Origin: Crocinitomicaceae bacterium
Lineage (GTDB): Bacteria; Bacteroidota; Bacteroidia; Flavobacteriales_D; Crocinitomicaceae
Direction: 5' to 3'
DNA length: 64,000 bases
NCBI GenBank assembly: GCA_020635955.1
Contig: JACJYW010000004.1
Span: 402,702 to 466,701 of the forward strand
The position numbers were made by a program, and so were the translations under genes. Under the pieces are notes generated by a model that saw only the letters and a program-made list of their open reading frames with translations, ran no database searches and had not been told where the DNA came from. How positions within the stretch are numbered: the stretch's first letter is position 1; every line of letters starts with the position of its first letter. Below are positions 1 to 8,464 of this stretch, one piece after another.

Positions 1-494
1 GATGTACAGTTCAGACGGTAGATAAAAGTAATCTCCCCTATTTGATCTTCATCAAGGTCAGTAACCGTTAATGCATCAAGCTCATGCCCCATATTGAGAT
101 CAAACTCGCAATTCTCAACATAATCCTTTATCTCTCTTGAAAGTGTCACATTGCCCTTTGCATCTTCAATAAAATGATAGGCATATAACCACTGTGTATG
201 AGCCTCCATATCAGAATACTGTGCCTCCCCTTCCATCACTTCACCAATTGTTCTGATAATATAATTGGTTCCATTCAAATCTTTCCAGGTATAAGCATCC
301 ACCACACTACCTTCAAACTTACAGGCATGTGGAATATTATCACAAAGCGTTAAATGGATATCGATCTCTGCTTCAGGAATGATCTCAGAAATGGTATCAT
401 TGTTTCCCTCGTGTGCATCAGTATTATCTTCAGTAGATCCTGAACAAGAAATGAATAGAAAAGCTGGTAAGAGCAAATAAAAAGAGGTTCTCAT
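1..494 (-). CDS. Lipoprotein, partial (runs off window start); resembles the M949_RS01915-like Bacteroidota family
   Basis: Not in the ORF track. Hand translation from ATG at 494: MRTSFYLLLPAFLFISCSGS (lipobox), then WKDLNGTNYIIRT and CEFDLNMGHELDALTVTDLDEDQIGEITFIYRLNCT. Family assignment is from motif recall only. Confidence 0.65.
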   Translation of the reverse strand, partial: MRTSFYLLLPAFLFISCSGSTEDNTDAHEGNNDTISEIIPEAEIDIHLTLCDNIPHACKFEGSVVDAYTWKDLNGTNYIIRTIGEVMEGEAQYSDMEAHTQWLYAYHFIEDAKGNVTLSREIKDYVENCEFDLNMGHELDALTVTDLDEDQIGEITFIYRLNCT

Positions 495-554
495 AAAATT
501 GATTTATGAAGGAAAAATAATAAGAATTAGATAAACTCCAAAGTAATCTGGTTC

Positions 555-1241
555 CTATTCAGGTCTTAAAGACAGATAATTCAAAAACTCTTGCTTTACC
601 AAAGGATCTTTAAATTTCCCACCGAACTCACCTGTAACCGTGGAACTTTGAATATCTCTTATACCCCTTGAATTTACACAAAGATGTTTTGCATCAATTA
701 CACAAGCTACATCCTCAGTTCCAAGGAATTTTTGTAGATGCTGAACCACCTGAATTGTCATTCTTTCCTGTACTTGTGGTCGTTTTGCATAATAGTCTAC
801 AATACGATTCATTTTGGAAAGACCAATTACTTTACCATTTGAAAAATAAGCTACGTGAGCCTTTCCTACTATGGGTAAAAAGTGGTGCTCGCACGTTGAA
901 TAAACTGTGATGTCTTTTTCAACCAACATCTCAGTATAATTGTACGAATTGTCAAAATTTGAATTCTTAGGTGCCTTTTCAGGATTTAATCCACCGAAAA
1001 CTTCCTTCACATACATTTTTGCCACCCTTTTTGGTGTTCCCTTTAAACTGTCATCTGTTAGATCCAACCCAAGTGCATGCATGATCTCTGTAAATTTTTC
1101 TTCGATCAAAGCAATCTTTTCCTCATCACTTTTATCAAAAGCGTCAGGTCTCATAGGCGTTTCTGCCGAAGAAAAAAGGTGAAAGTCTCCAATCTGCTCC
1201 AAATCCATCTCTGAAAGGTCTTTTACTGTTTTATTTTTCAT
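555..1241 (-). CDS. folE: GTP cyclohydrolase I
   Basis: TPKRVAKMY, CEHHFLP, GLSKMNRIVDYYAKRPQVQER and HLCVNSRG motifs. Confidence 0.97.
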   Translation of the reverse strand: MKNKTVKDLSEMDLEQIGDFHLFSSAETPMRPDAFDKSDEEKIALIEEKFTEIMHALGLDLTDDSLKGTPKRVAKMYVKEVFGGLNPEKAPKNSNFDNSYNYTEMLVEKDITVYSTCEHHFLPIVGKAHVAYFSNGKVIGLSKMNRIVDYYAKRPQVQERMTIQVVQHLQKFLGTEDVACVIDAKHLCVNSRGIRDIQSSTVTGEFGGKFKDPLVKQEFLNYLSLRPE

Positions 1242-1417
1242 TCTGTGTCTTTAATCACTGTCTTCCTCAGGTTTCCAGCTACTGAAGGAATCAAAGTGGA
1301 TAACAAAGGTACTAATTATGTTATTTATAACCGTTCTAAAGTGAAATTGTTTGTTACAACGTATAAAATCTAGGTTAAAAGACGAGGGGTAGTGAATTAA
1401 ATTACAGTGCATTTACT

Positions 1418-1425
1418 TATTTTTG
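1418..1425 (+). promoter_or_regulatory. Bacteroidota -7 promoter element (TATTTTTG)
   Basis: Matches TAnnTTTG, 8 nt before the ATG at 1433. Confidence 0.5.
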
Positions 1426-1432
1426 CGGCAAG

Positions 1433-1882
1433 ATGAACACAAAGGAAAAGCTGTATCAGCTTTGCAAGGAAATCGTTGATCAACGATTGGATGAAATCAG
1501 TAAGGATATTGAGGACGTCCAGCATTCAGTGAATACTGAAACCAAAAATACCACTGGCGATAAGCATGATACTTCTCGTGCTATGATGCAATTAGAGGTG
1601 GAGCAAAAATCCAAACATCTTGTTGAGTCCATGAAGCTCAAAGAAACCCTTGGAAGGTTTAGCCCTAAAACATCTTCAACCACAGCTGGACTGGGAAGTA
1701 TCGTAGAAACTTCTACCGCTAAATATTTCATTTCAGTGAGTGTCGGCAAACTGGTGATAGATGAAGGTATGTACTTCGCAATTTCAACGGCTAGCCCTAT
1801 TGGAGAATTGTTAATGGGTAAAAAAGCAGGGGATGAATTTGAGTTCAATGGTCAAAAAATGAAGATCGTTTCAGTGAAGTAG
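1433..1882 (+). CDS. GreA/GreB-family-like protein
   Basis: Coiled-coil N-terminus with ETKNTTGDKHDTSRAM; C-terminal ISTASPIGELLMGKKAGDEFEFNG as in the GreA/B C-domain. Confidence 0.8.
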   Translation: MNTKEKLYQLCKEIVDQRLDEISKDIEDVQHSVNTETKNTTGDKHDTSRAMMQLEVEQKSKHLVESMKLKETLGRFSPKTSSTTAGLGSIVETSTAKYFISVSVGKLVIDEGMYFAISTASPIGELLMGKKAGDEFEFNGQKMKIVSVK

Positions 1883-1913
1883 ATCTATAAAAAATTCGCT
1901 TTCAGTTGTTTTG

Positions 1914-2498
1914 CTAATTTGTCGGTAAATTACAGAATATACCAATAGTATACATTCTTTTTTCATTGATAATGGAGGGGTTTTGAACTAAACCAAAAGT
2001 ATAACCAAAAGTTAAACCCAACATAAAATTATCACTTAGTTGAACTTGTAATCCACCTACTAATTTAGGTCCATATCCACTGATTCGATTGGATTTATAT
2101 CCTACTTGATAACAGGAAAAACCACCACCAAAAATAAAGCTAGTATTATCTATTCCCCCAAGGTAAAATTCAGTCGTCAAAGGAAACTCCATACCTGTTT
2201 GAAAGTTTCCGCTTAATTTATTCCTGGAAAGGCCAAAATACGGACAAGATTTAATGGTCCAACTTACTCTTGGTTTAAGTTGAAAAGCTAAAATTGCATT
2301 ATACCTAATTCCAACTACTCCCAATTCAGTTGTAGTAGTTGAGAAAAAAGTATTGTTAACAAATGTCTCTGCTTGTTTAGCATTTAAATACCCAAATTGT
2401 AATGAATGCCTATAATCTTGACCTTTAGAAACTGTACTAAAAGAATAAATGATACACGATATTAAAATAATCCTTAGAAACATACTATTTGCTATCAT
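1914..2498 (-). CDS. Hypothetical exported protein, possible outer-membrane beta-barrel
   Basis: Signal peptide and Gly/aromatic amphipathic strands; visibly more AT-rich than its neighbours; overlaps the bioD stop. Confidence 0.55.
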   Translation of the reverse strand: MIANSMFLRIILISCIIYSFSTVSKGQDYRHSLQFGYLNAKQAETFVNNTFFSTTTTELGVVGIRYNAILAFQLKPRVSWTIKSCPYFGLSRNKLSGNFQTGMEFPLTTEFYLGGIDNTSFIFGGGFSCYQVGYKSNRISGYGPKLVGGLQVQLSDNFMLGLTFGYTFGLVQNPSIINEKRMYTIGIFCNLPTN

Positions 2499-3118
2499 AA
2501 AAAATTCGCCTTCAATCGCTCAGCTTGCTCTTTTACGAACTCTTTGATGTCTGAATCGGCCATTGGAATCTTTCCCAGGCATTTCAATCCGGTATAACTC
2601 AAAATGATCTCTTCTGTTTCAGGATTTGGATCTCCATTGAAAATAATTCCCATAACGGGTATGTTACGTTGCTTTAATAACTCTGCACTCATCAATGTGT
2701 GGTTGATACTTCCCAGATAATTCATGGAAACCAAAACAACAGTGTCAGCTAGTTTAGGAATAAGATCGATCATCATATCCCCTTCATCATTAAGCGGTAC
2801 CATGAGTCCACCAGCTCCTTCAATTACAAGCGTATTATCTGTTTTAGGTGTTTTGAAATCGTCCAGTGAGATCTTAATTCCATCTAAACGAGCTGCCGCA
2901 TGCGGTGACAAAGGCTCGGATAATAAGAACTTTTCTGTATGGAATTCAGAAACGTCATTCGAAATAAAATCTCTTACCCAAAGAGAATCCAGATCATCCA
3001 ATTCGCCTGCCTGTAGTGGCTTCCAATAATCCGCCAATAACGCTTCACATATCACCGCAGAAACAAATGTTTTACCAATCTCGGTACCAATTCCGGTTAC
3101 AAAAATTCGTTTAGACAT
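2495..3118 (-). CDS. bioD: Dethiobiotin synthase
   Basis: FVTGIGTEIGKT, YWKPLQAG, EGAGGLMVPLN, LGSINHT. Confidence 0.97.
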   Translation of the reverse strand: MSKRIFVTGIGTEIGKTFVSAVICEALLADYWKPLQAGELDDLDSLWVRDFISNDVSEFHTEKFLLSEPLSPHAAARLDGIKISLDDFKTPKTDNTLVIEGAGGLMVPLNDEGDMMIDLIPKLADTVVLVSMNYLGSINHTLMSAELLKQRNIPVMGIIFNGDPNPETEEIILSYTGLKCLGKIPMADSDIKEFVKEQAERLKANFL

Positions 3119-4199
3119 GGATCAATTTTGAAAGCTCTTTTATCTCATTTTCAGTGTTATACGAATGTAAGCAAAATCTAATTCGCTCCTTACCATTTGG
3201 TACAGTAGGTGATAAAATAGCTTTTACTGCAAACCCAGATTTCAATATTCGTTCAGCCATCTTTTTGGCATCATCATTTCCTTTCACCAAAAGACATTGA
3301 ATAGGAGAATCACTTTGAATTAATTCCACATTTGATCTTGAAAGCAGATCCTTAAAACATCTAATATTTTCAAATAACTGTTTCCTTTCCTCATGCATAT
3401 CCGCCGCTTTCAGCACGACCTCTAAAATGCGTTCCTGTGCATGGGGGGATAATGCTGTTGTATAGATCAATGAACGTGCGAAATTCACCAGATAATCCTT
3501 GAGTTCATTATGTCCAAATACGATTGCTCCATGGCTGCCATAAGCTTTACCAAAGGTGATCACTTTAGCAAAAACCTGATCATCCAGCTTTAAATCTGAA
3601 ACAAGTCCGGTTCCTTTTTCACCAAAGACTCCCCCTGAATGTGCTTCATCAACTATCAAGAAAGCTCCTTTTTCATTACATATCTGTGCAATTTCTGCTA
3701 AAGGAGAAGCATCACCATCCATTGAGTAAATGGCCTCAACTGCCACATAAACATGACCATTAGCTCGATCTACCTTGTCCTTTATATCCTTTATATCGTT
3801 GTGCTTGAAGGAAAATGAAGAAGCCAATCCTATTCGAATGCCATCACGAATAGATGCATGGATCAATTCATCATAAATAACAGTATCTCCTTTTTGAGGT
3901 ACGCTTGAAAATAATCCCAAATTGGCATCATAACCTGAATTAAAGAGCAAACCAGCCTCCTGATGAAAAAATTGAGCTAATTGAGCTTCTATCTCCTCAG
4001 TTCTTTTTCGATTCCCTGAAATTAACCGAGAGCCTGTTGAACCCATATTGAAATGAGATTCAGAACTCCATTTGGCGATTCCTAAATAATCATTTGAAAA
4101 AAAGTCAGTGAGATGATCAGCATCCATTAAGACTCTGAAAGCATTAGCATGCTTCCTTTCATCCAGTTTTTGCTTGATCTTGGAAGGAAGCTCTTTCAT
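3111..4199 (-). CDS. bioF: 8-amino-7-oxononanoate synthase
   Basis: FSNDYLG, SGYDAN, HASIRDG, SMDGD, DEAHS, TFGKAYG; lies between bioB and bioD. Confidence 0.93.
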   Translation of the reverse strand: MKELPSKIKQKLDERKHANAFRVLMDADHLTDFFSNDYLGIAKWSSESHFNMGSTGSRLISGNRKRTEEIEAQLAQFFHQEAGLLFNSGYDANLGLFSSVPQKGDTVIYDELIHASIRDGIRIGLASSFSFKHNDIKDIKDKVDRANGHVYVAVEAIYSMDGDASPLAEIAQICNEKGAFLIVDEAHSGGVFGEKGTGLVSDLKLDDQVFAKVITFGKAYGSHGAIVFGHNELKDYLVNFARSLIYTTALSPHAQERILEVVLKAADMHEERKQLFENIRCFKDLLSRSNVELIQSDSPIQCLLVKGNDDAKKMAERILKSGFAVKAILSPTVPNGKERIRFCLHSYNTENEIKELSKLIHV

Positions 4200-4205
4200 C
4201 CTGAA

Positions 4206-5291
4206 CTATTCTACAGTCACCTTACGTGGTTCGAAATCCTGCGCTTTAGTTTGTTTGCGCTCTTCTTTCTCTTTACGAACTTTTTTAGCTGCTTCAACCT
4301 TATCGTCTACTTTCGTTTCAGGTTGATCACCATCCTGAAAAGGTGCCTTAGGTGTCAATCCTAAAATATCGAACAAAGCTTTATCCTCATTATATTCAGG
4401 ATTTGGAGTAGTTAATAATTTATCTCCAGCAAAAATGGAAGATGCTCCTGCTAAAAAGCAAAGTGCTTGTGATTCCTGGGACATTTGTGTACGTCCTGCA
4501 GAGAGTCTGATGATCGATTTAGGGAACAAGATTCTTGAAGTAGCAATCATTCTGATCATTTCCCAAATGGCTACCGGTTTTTGATCTTCTAAAGGCGTAC
4601 CCTCAACGGCTACTAAAGCATTGATTGGAATAGATTCAGGTGGTTGCTCCATATGTACATAGGTCATCAACATCCCAATTCTATCCTCAGCAGTTTCACC
4701 CATTCCAATGATTCCTCCTGAACATACTGAAATTCCAGCCTTTTGCACATTTGAAATGGTATCTATTCTATTTTGATATTCTCTAGTAGAGATAATGTCT
4801 TTGTAAAATTCTTCTGAAGAATCAAGGTTATGGTTGTAAGCGTAAAGCCCTGCATTTTTCAAGCGTTCAGCCTGATCTTCGTTCAACATACCCAAAGTGG
4901 CGCAAACTTCCATCCCCATTTGGTTGATCTCCTGCACCATTTCTACTACTTTATCGAAATCCCGGTTATCTCTTACTTCTCTCCAGGCTGCCCCCATACA
5001 AACACGAGATGACCCATTAGCTTTGGCATTTTTCGCTAATCCAACCACTTCATCTACACCCATCATTGCATGTACATCCAACTCCGTGTTGTACTTTGCT
5101 GATTGAGGACAATAACCACAATCTTCAGGACAACCACCCGTTTTAATAGAGATCAATGAACTCATTTGAACCTCATTTGGATTATGATATTCTCTATGCA
5201 CTGTAGCTGCCTGATAGATCAAATCCATCAATGGACCATTGTATAGTTCTAATGCCTTTTCTTTTGTTGCGTATGCTGTGTTTATCTTCAT
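4206..5291 (-). CDS. bioB: Biotin synthase
   Basis: Radical SAM motif CPEDCGYCPQS, YNHNLD, RLSAGR, AGASSIFAGDKLLTT. Confidence 0.98.
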   Translation of the reverse strand: MKINTAYATKEKALELYNGPLMDLIYQAATVHREYHNPNEVQMSSLISIKTGGCPEDCGYCPQSAKYNTELDVHAMMGVDEVVGLAKNAKANGSSRVCMGAAWREVRDNRDFDKVVEMVQEINQMGMEVCATLGMLNEDQAERLKNAGLYAYNHNLDSSEEFYKDIISTREYQNRIDTISNVQKAGISVCSGGIIGMGETAEDRIGMLMTYVHMEQPPESIPINALVAVEGTPLEDQKPVAIWEMIRMIATSRILFPKSIIRLSAGRTQMSQESQALCFLAGASSIFAGDKLLTTPNPEYNEDKALFDILGLTPKAPFQDGDQPETKVDDKVEAAKKVRKEKEERKQTKAQDFEPRKVTVE

Positions 5292-5311
5292 AGATAATAA
5301 GTATCTAGATG

Positions 5312-5677
5312 TTAGTATTTAGTATTGAGAGAGTTTATTTCGAAGCTCTTTTGTAGAGAATGAATCATTTTCTGAACTTCTTCCAATCCAATTAAAATAT
5401 CATGTGTATTTATGTCAAATAATTTCTGAATTAATAATAATTGTGTTTCTAATTCAAAGGAAGATCCAACTGCAATATTTAGAAATCTTGAAAAATCCTT
5501 TTTCGTTCCTCTTCCTGCGCCCTCGGCAATGTTACTAGGGATCGATAAAGCTGATCTGGTAATTTGACTTGAGAAATTAAATTTTTCTGCCTCAGGTAAA
5601 AGTTTAGAAACCTCATAGGTAGATTCAACAATCTCCATTGCCTTTTGCCATACTTTTAATTCTTTATATTGATGCAT
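5312..5677 (-). CDS. Four helix bundle protein (23S rRNA intervening-sequence protein family)
   Basis: ELKVWQKAM, EKFNFSSQITRSALSIPSNIAEG, FLNIAVGSSFELETQL. Confidence 0.93.
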   Translation of the reverse strand: MHQYKELKVWQKAMEIVESTYEVSKLLPEAEKFNFSSQITRSALSIPSNIAEGAGRGTKKDFSRFLNIAVGSSFELETQLLLIQKLFDINTHDILIGLEEVQKMIHSLQKSFEINSLNTKY

Positions 5678-5726
5678 AAATCTCTCTATACTCAGTACTA
5701 AATACTTCTACCTAACTTCTTCAGCC

Positions 5727-6572
5727 TCAATCCACAACCTTACCTTCTTTGTAAATGATTCGGGTATCCACGGTTCCATCTTCATTATAATATACGAACT
5801 CTCCCTCCTCTTTTCCGTTCAAATAAGTACCGGCAACCTTCAGTTGACCAGAAGGATACCAATAATTCACCTGACCACTTTCTTTTCCGTAAAGATAGTG
5901 CCCTTCATACTTTTTTTTGCCATTTTCAAAGAAAGTTGTTGACACACTATCCAATTTACCATAATTCCACTTCGAAATTTGTTGTGGTGTTCCGTCTTCA
6001 AAATAGTACTTCCACAGCCCATTTTGTAAACCTTCAATAAACGAACCTTCCGTTTTCACCTGACCGGTTTCATACCATTCTTTGATCTCACCGTGAGGCA
6101 GTGAATCATTGAACATATTTAGTGCTTTTTTCTCTCCAGATGGATACCAAAATTCCCACAATCCGTGCTTTCTGTTCTTGAAATAATGGCCTTTTGCATC
6201 TAGTTTCCCACGTTCATCATAGAAAATCCATTCACCAGAACGCTTATCCATTTCAAATTGCCCAATATATTCAGGATGTCCATTATCGTAATATCTGGCA
6301 ATAGGTCCATCTACTAATCCTTCTGTCCAGGATGAGATCTCTTCCAAAGTATCATTCAAATGATAAAAGGTCCATTCTCCAACCGCCAGATCGTTTTCAA
6401 ACTGTCCTTCAGATTCAAGATGGTCATCTTCTGTATAAAATGACCATTTCCCTTCACGTTTTCCATCTTTCATTTCACCAATACCATATCCACCTCCGAT
6501 AACAGATTGCTTGTTATTTTCTTTGCAAGCATATAGACCTGCAAACAGGAATATGAAGATTAAATAACGCAT
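5727..6572 (-). CDS. MORN-variant repeat (YwqK-like) lipoprotein
   Basis: Lipobox LYAC; repeated G.W.FY/YY..G units. Confidence 0.85.
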   Translation of the reverse strand: MRYLIFIFLFAGLYACKENNKQSVIGGGYGIGEMKDGKREGKWSFYTEDDHLESEGQFENDLAVGEWTFYHLNDTLEEISSWTEGLVDGPIARYYDNGHPEYIGQFEMDKRSGEWIFYDERGKLDAKGHYFKNRKHGLWEFWYPSGEKKALNMFNDSLPHGEIKEWYETGQVKTEGSFIEGLQNGLWKYYFEDGTPQQISKWNYGKLDSVSTTFFENGKKKYEGHYLYGKESGQVNYWYPSGQLKVAGTYLNGKEEGEFVYYNEDGTVDTRIIYKEGKVVD

Positions 6573-6589
6573 GATGAGATACGAAAATA

Positions 6590-7579
6590 CTAAATTTCCT
6601 TGTGGAGTTCATTCCAGATCATATCCTTCAACTCAACCAAACCGGTTTGAGCAACAGAAGAGATGAAGACGTAAGGTATATTTGGTAGATCCCTTTTAAT
6701 TTCTGACTTCAATTCATCATCCAGCATATCTGATTTTGATATGGCTAGTAACCTTGGTTTATCAATCAGATCTGGATTGTATTGTTTCAATTCGTTCACG
6801 AGAATATCATATTCTTTACGGATGTCGTCAGAATCAGCAGGAACCATGAAAAGTAAAACCGAATTTCTTTCAATATGCCGAAGAAATCTCAATCCCAAAC
6901 CTTTTCCTTCGTGAGCTCCTTCAATGATTCCCGGAATATCTGCCATTACGAATGAACGGTAATCTCGATAGGCCACCATTCCAAGATTCGGAGTCAAGGT
7001 AGTAAAAGGATAATCTCCAATTTCAGGTTTCGCAGCAGAAATTACTGATAGTAGGGTTGATTTACCAGCATTTGGAAATCCAACTAAACCGACATCTGCC
7101 AACACTTTTAATTCCAGAATGATCCATCCTTCTTTCTCTGGAATACCAGGTTGAGCGTATCTAGGGGTTTGATTTGTAGATGATTTAAAGTGTACATTAC
7201 CTCTTCCTCCTTTACCACCTTCCATGACAATGATCTCTTGCCCGTGTTCAGTGATCTCTCCTAACTCTTCAAAAGTCTCCCCGTCTTTGATAACCGTACC
7301 AATGGGAACTTCAAGGTATTCATCCGCACCATCTGCACCATGACACTGATTTTTACCACCAGGTTCGCCATGAGATGCCATTACGTGTTTTCTGTATTTG
7401 AGTGGAAGAAGTGTCCACAATTGTTCGTTACCTTTCACGATAACGTGTCCGCCTCTACCTCCATCTCCACCGGCAGGTCCACCTTTGGGAATAAATTTTT
7501 CCCTTCTCATGTAATGAGAGCCCGGACCTCCTTTTCCAGAGCGGCAGTGTATTTTGACATAGTCAATAAAATTACTCAT
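6590..7579 (-). CDS. obgE: GTPase ObgE/CgtA
   Basis: Gly-rich N-domain, [25 protein letters not shown]. Confidence 0.98.
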   Translation of the reverse strand: MSNFIDYVKIHCRSGKGGPGSHYMRREKFIPKGGPAGGDGGRGGHVIVKGNEQLWTLLPLKYRKHVMASHGEPGGKNQCHGADGADEYLEVPIGTVIKDGETFEELGEITEHGQEIIVMEGGKGGRGNVHFKSSTNQTPRYAQPGIPEKEGWIILELKVLADVGLVGFPNAGKSTLLSVISAAKPEIGDYPFTTLTPNLGMVAYRDYRSFVMADIPGIIEGAHEGKGLGLRFLRHIERNSVLLFMVPADSDDIRKEYDILVNELKQYNPDLIDKPRLLAISKSDMLDDELKSEIKRDLPNIPYVFISSVAQTGLVELKDMIWNELHKEI

Positions 7580-7599
7580 GACACTCTGTAATTAAGTAA

Positions 7600-8184
7600 T
7601 TAAGCAAGAATTGAATCAATAGAATCAAATAGTCGCTCAGTAACATCTGAGATCTCGCCAATTCCATCTATGATAGCCGCCTTTCCTTGATTTTTATAGA
7701 AATTGATCACAGGAAGCGTTTCATTCTTATAAACATTGATCCTGTTTTGAATTACAGCAGGATCTGCATCATCAGGTCTGTTTTCAAGAAGTGCTCTGCT
7801 TTTCAAACGCTCTCTCAATTCATTTTCCTCTACATCAAGTGCTAAACACATGCTAATTGATGTTCCTTTTTCATTAAGGATCTTATCCAGCGCTTCTGCC
7901 TGAACAACTGTTCTAGGGAAACCGTCAAAAATATAACCTTCAGCAGGATTCTTTTCAATAGTGTCAACCAGCATATTGATCGTTACTTCATCCGGCACCA
8001 ATTGTCCTTTTGAAATGAAACTTTTAGCCAACATACCCAACTCAGTTTCATTCTTCATGTTATATCTGAAAACGTCTCCCGTTGAAATATGAAACAGACT
8101 GTATTTCTCAACCAATTTAACGGCTTGAGTTCCTTTTCCTGCCCCCGGAGGGCCAAATAATACAATGTTTATCATCTTGCTCAT
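7600..8184 (-). CDS. adk: Adenylate kinase
   Basis: GPPGAGKGTQ, HISTGD, DGFPRT, RPDD. Confidence 0.97.
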   Translation of the reverse strand: MSKMINIVLFGPPGAGKGTQAVKLVEKYSLFHISTGDVFRYNMKNETELGMLAKSFISKGQLVPDEVTINMLVDTIEKNPAEGYIFDGFPRTVVQAEALDKILNEKGTSISMCLALDVEENELRERLKSRALLENRPDDADPAVIQNRINVYKNETLPVINFYKNQGKAAIIDGIGEISDVTERLFDSIDSILA

Positions 8185-8263
8185 TTGATCTCACTTACTA
8201 TTAGTGAGGTAATCCCTTACCATGCCTTATTTGGATTATCCAGATAGCTTCATGGTGAAGCTG

Positions 8264-8271
8264 CAAATTTA
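8264..8271 (-). promoter_or_regulatory. -7 promoter element for adk-obgE (TAAATTTG)
   Basis: Exact TAnnTTTG match on the minus strand, about 80 nt upstream of adk. Confidence 0.55.
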
Positions 8272-8464
8272 TTGCTTATAATTCGCATTCCGCTAAAGGA
8301 AACAGCACTTTTTATTCACCAGTTGTTAAAACGTCAGTTCTTTTGATAAAAATCAGCAAATCTGTCAGTTGAAACTGATAAAAACCGTCATTTTTTCAGG
8401 TAAATTCCATGAAATTTGAATTGGACCCTAATTTGAGTATGGTATTTCGTTAAAAACTACAAAA

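Noticed and set aside
2495..5291. Missing bioA in the biotin cluster
   Set aside because: It may simply lie elsewhere in the genome; not assessable from this window
5312..5677. Diversity-generating retroelement (Avd-like gene)
   Set aside because: No reverse transcriptase and no TR/VR pair was seen in the window
8422..8436. Sigma54-like site upstream of clpB (TGGACC-N5-TTGA)
   Set aside because: Too many mismatches to the consensus to support from sequence alone
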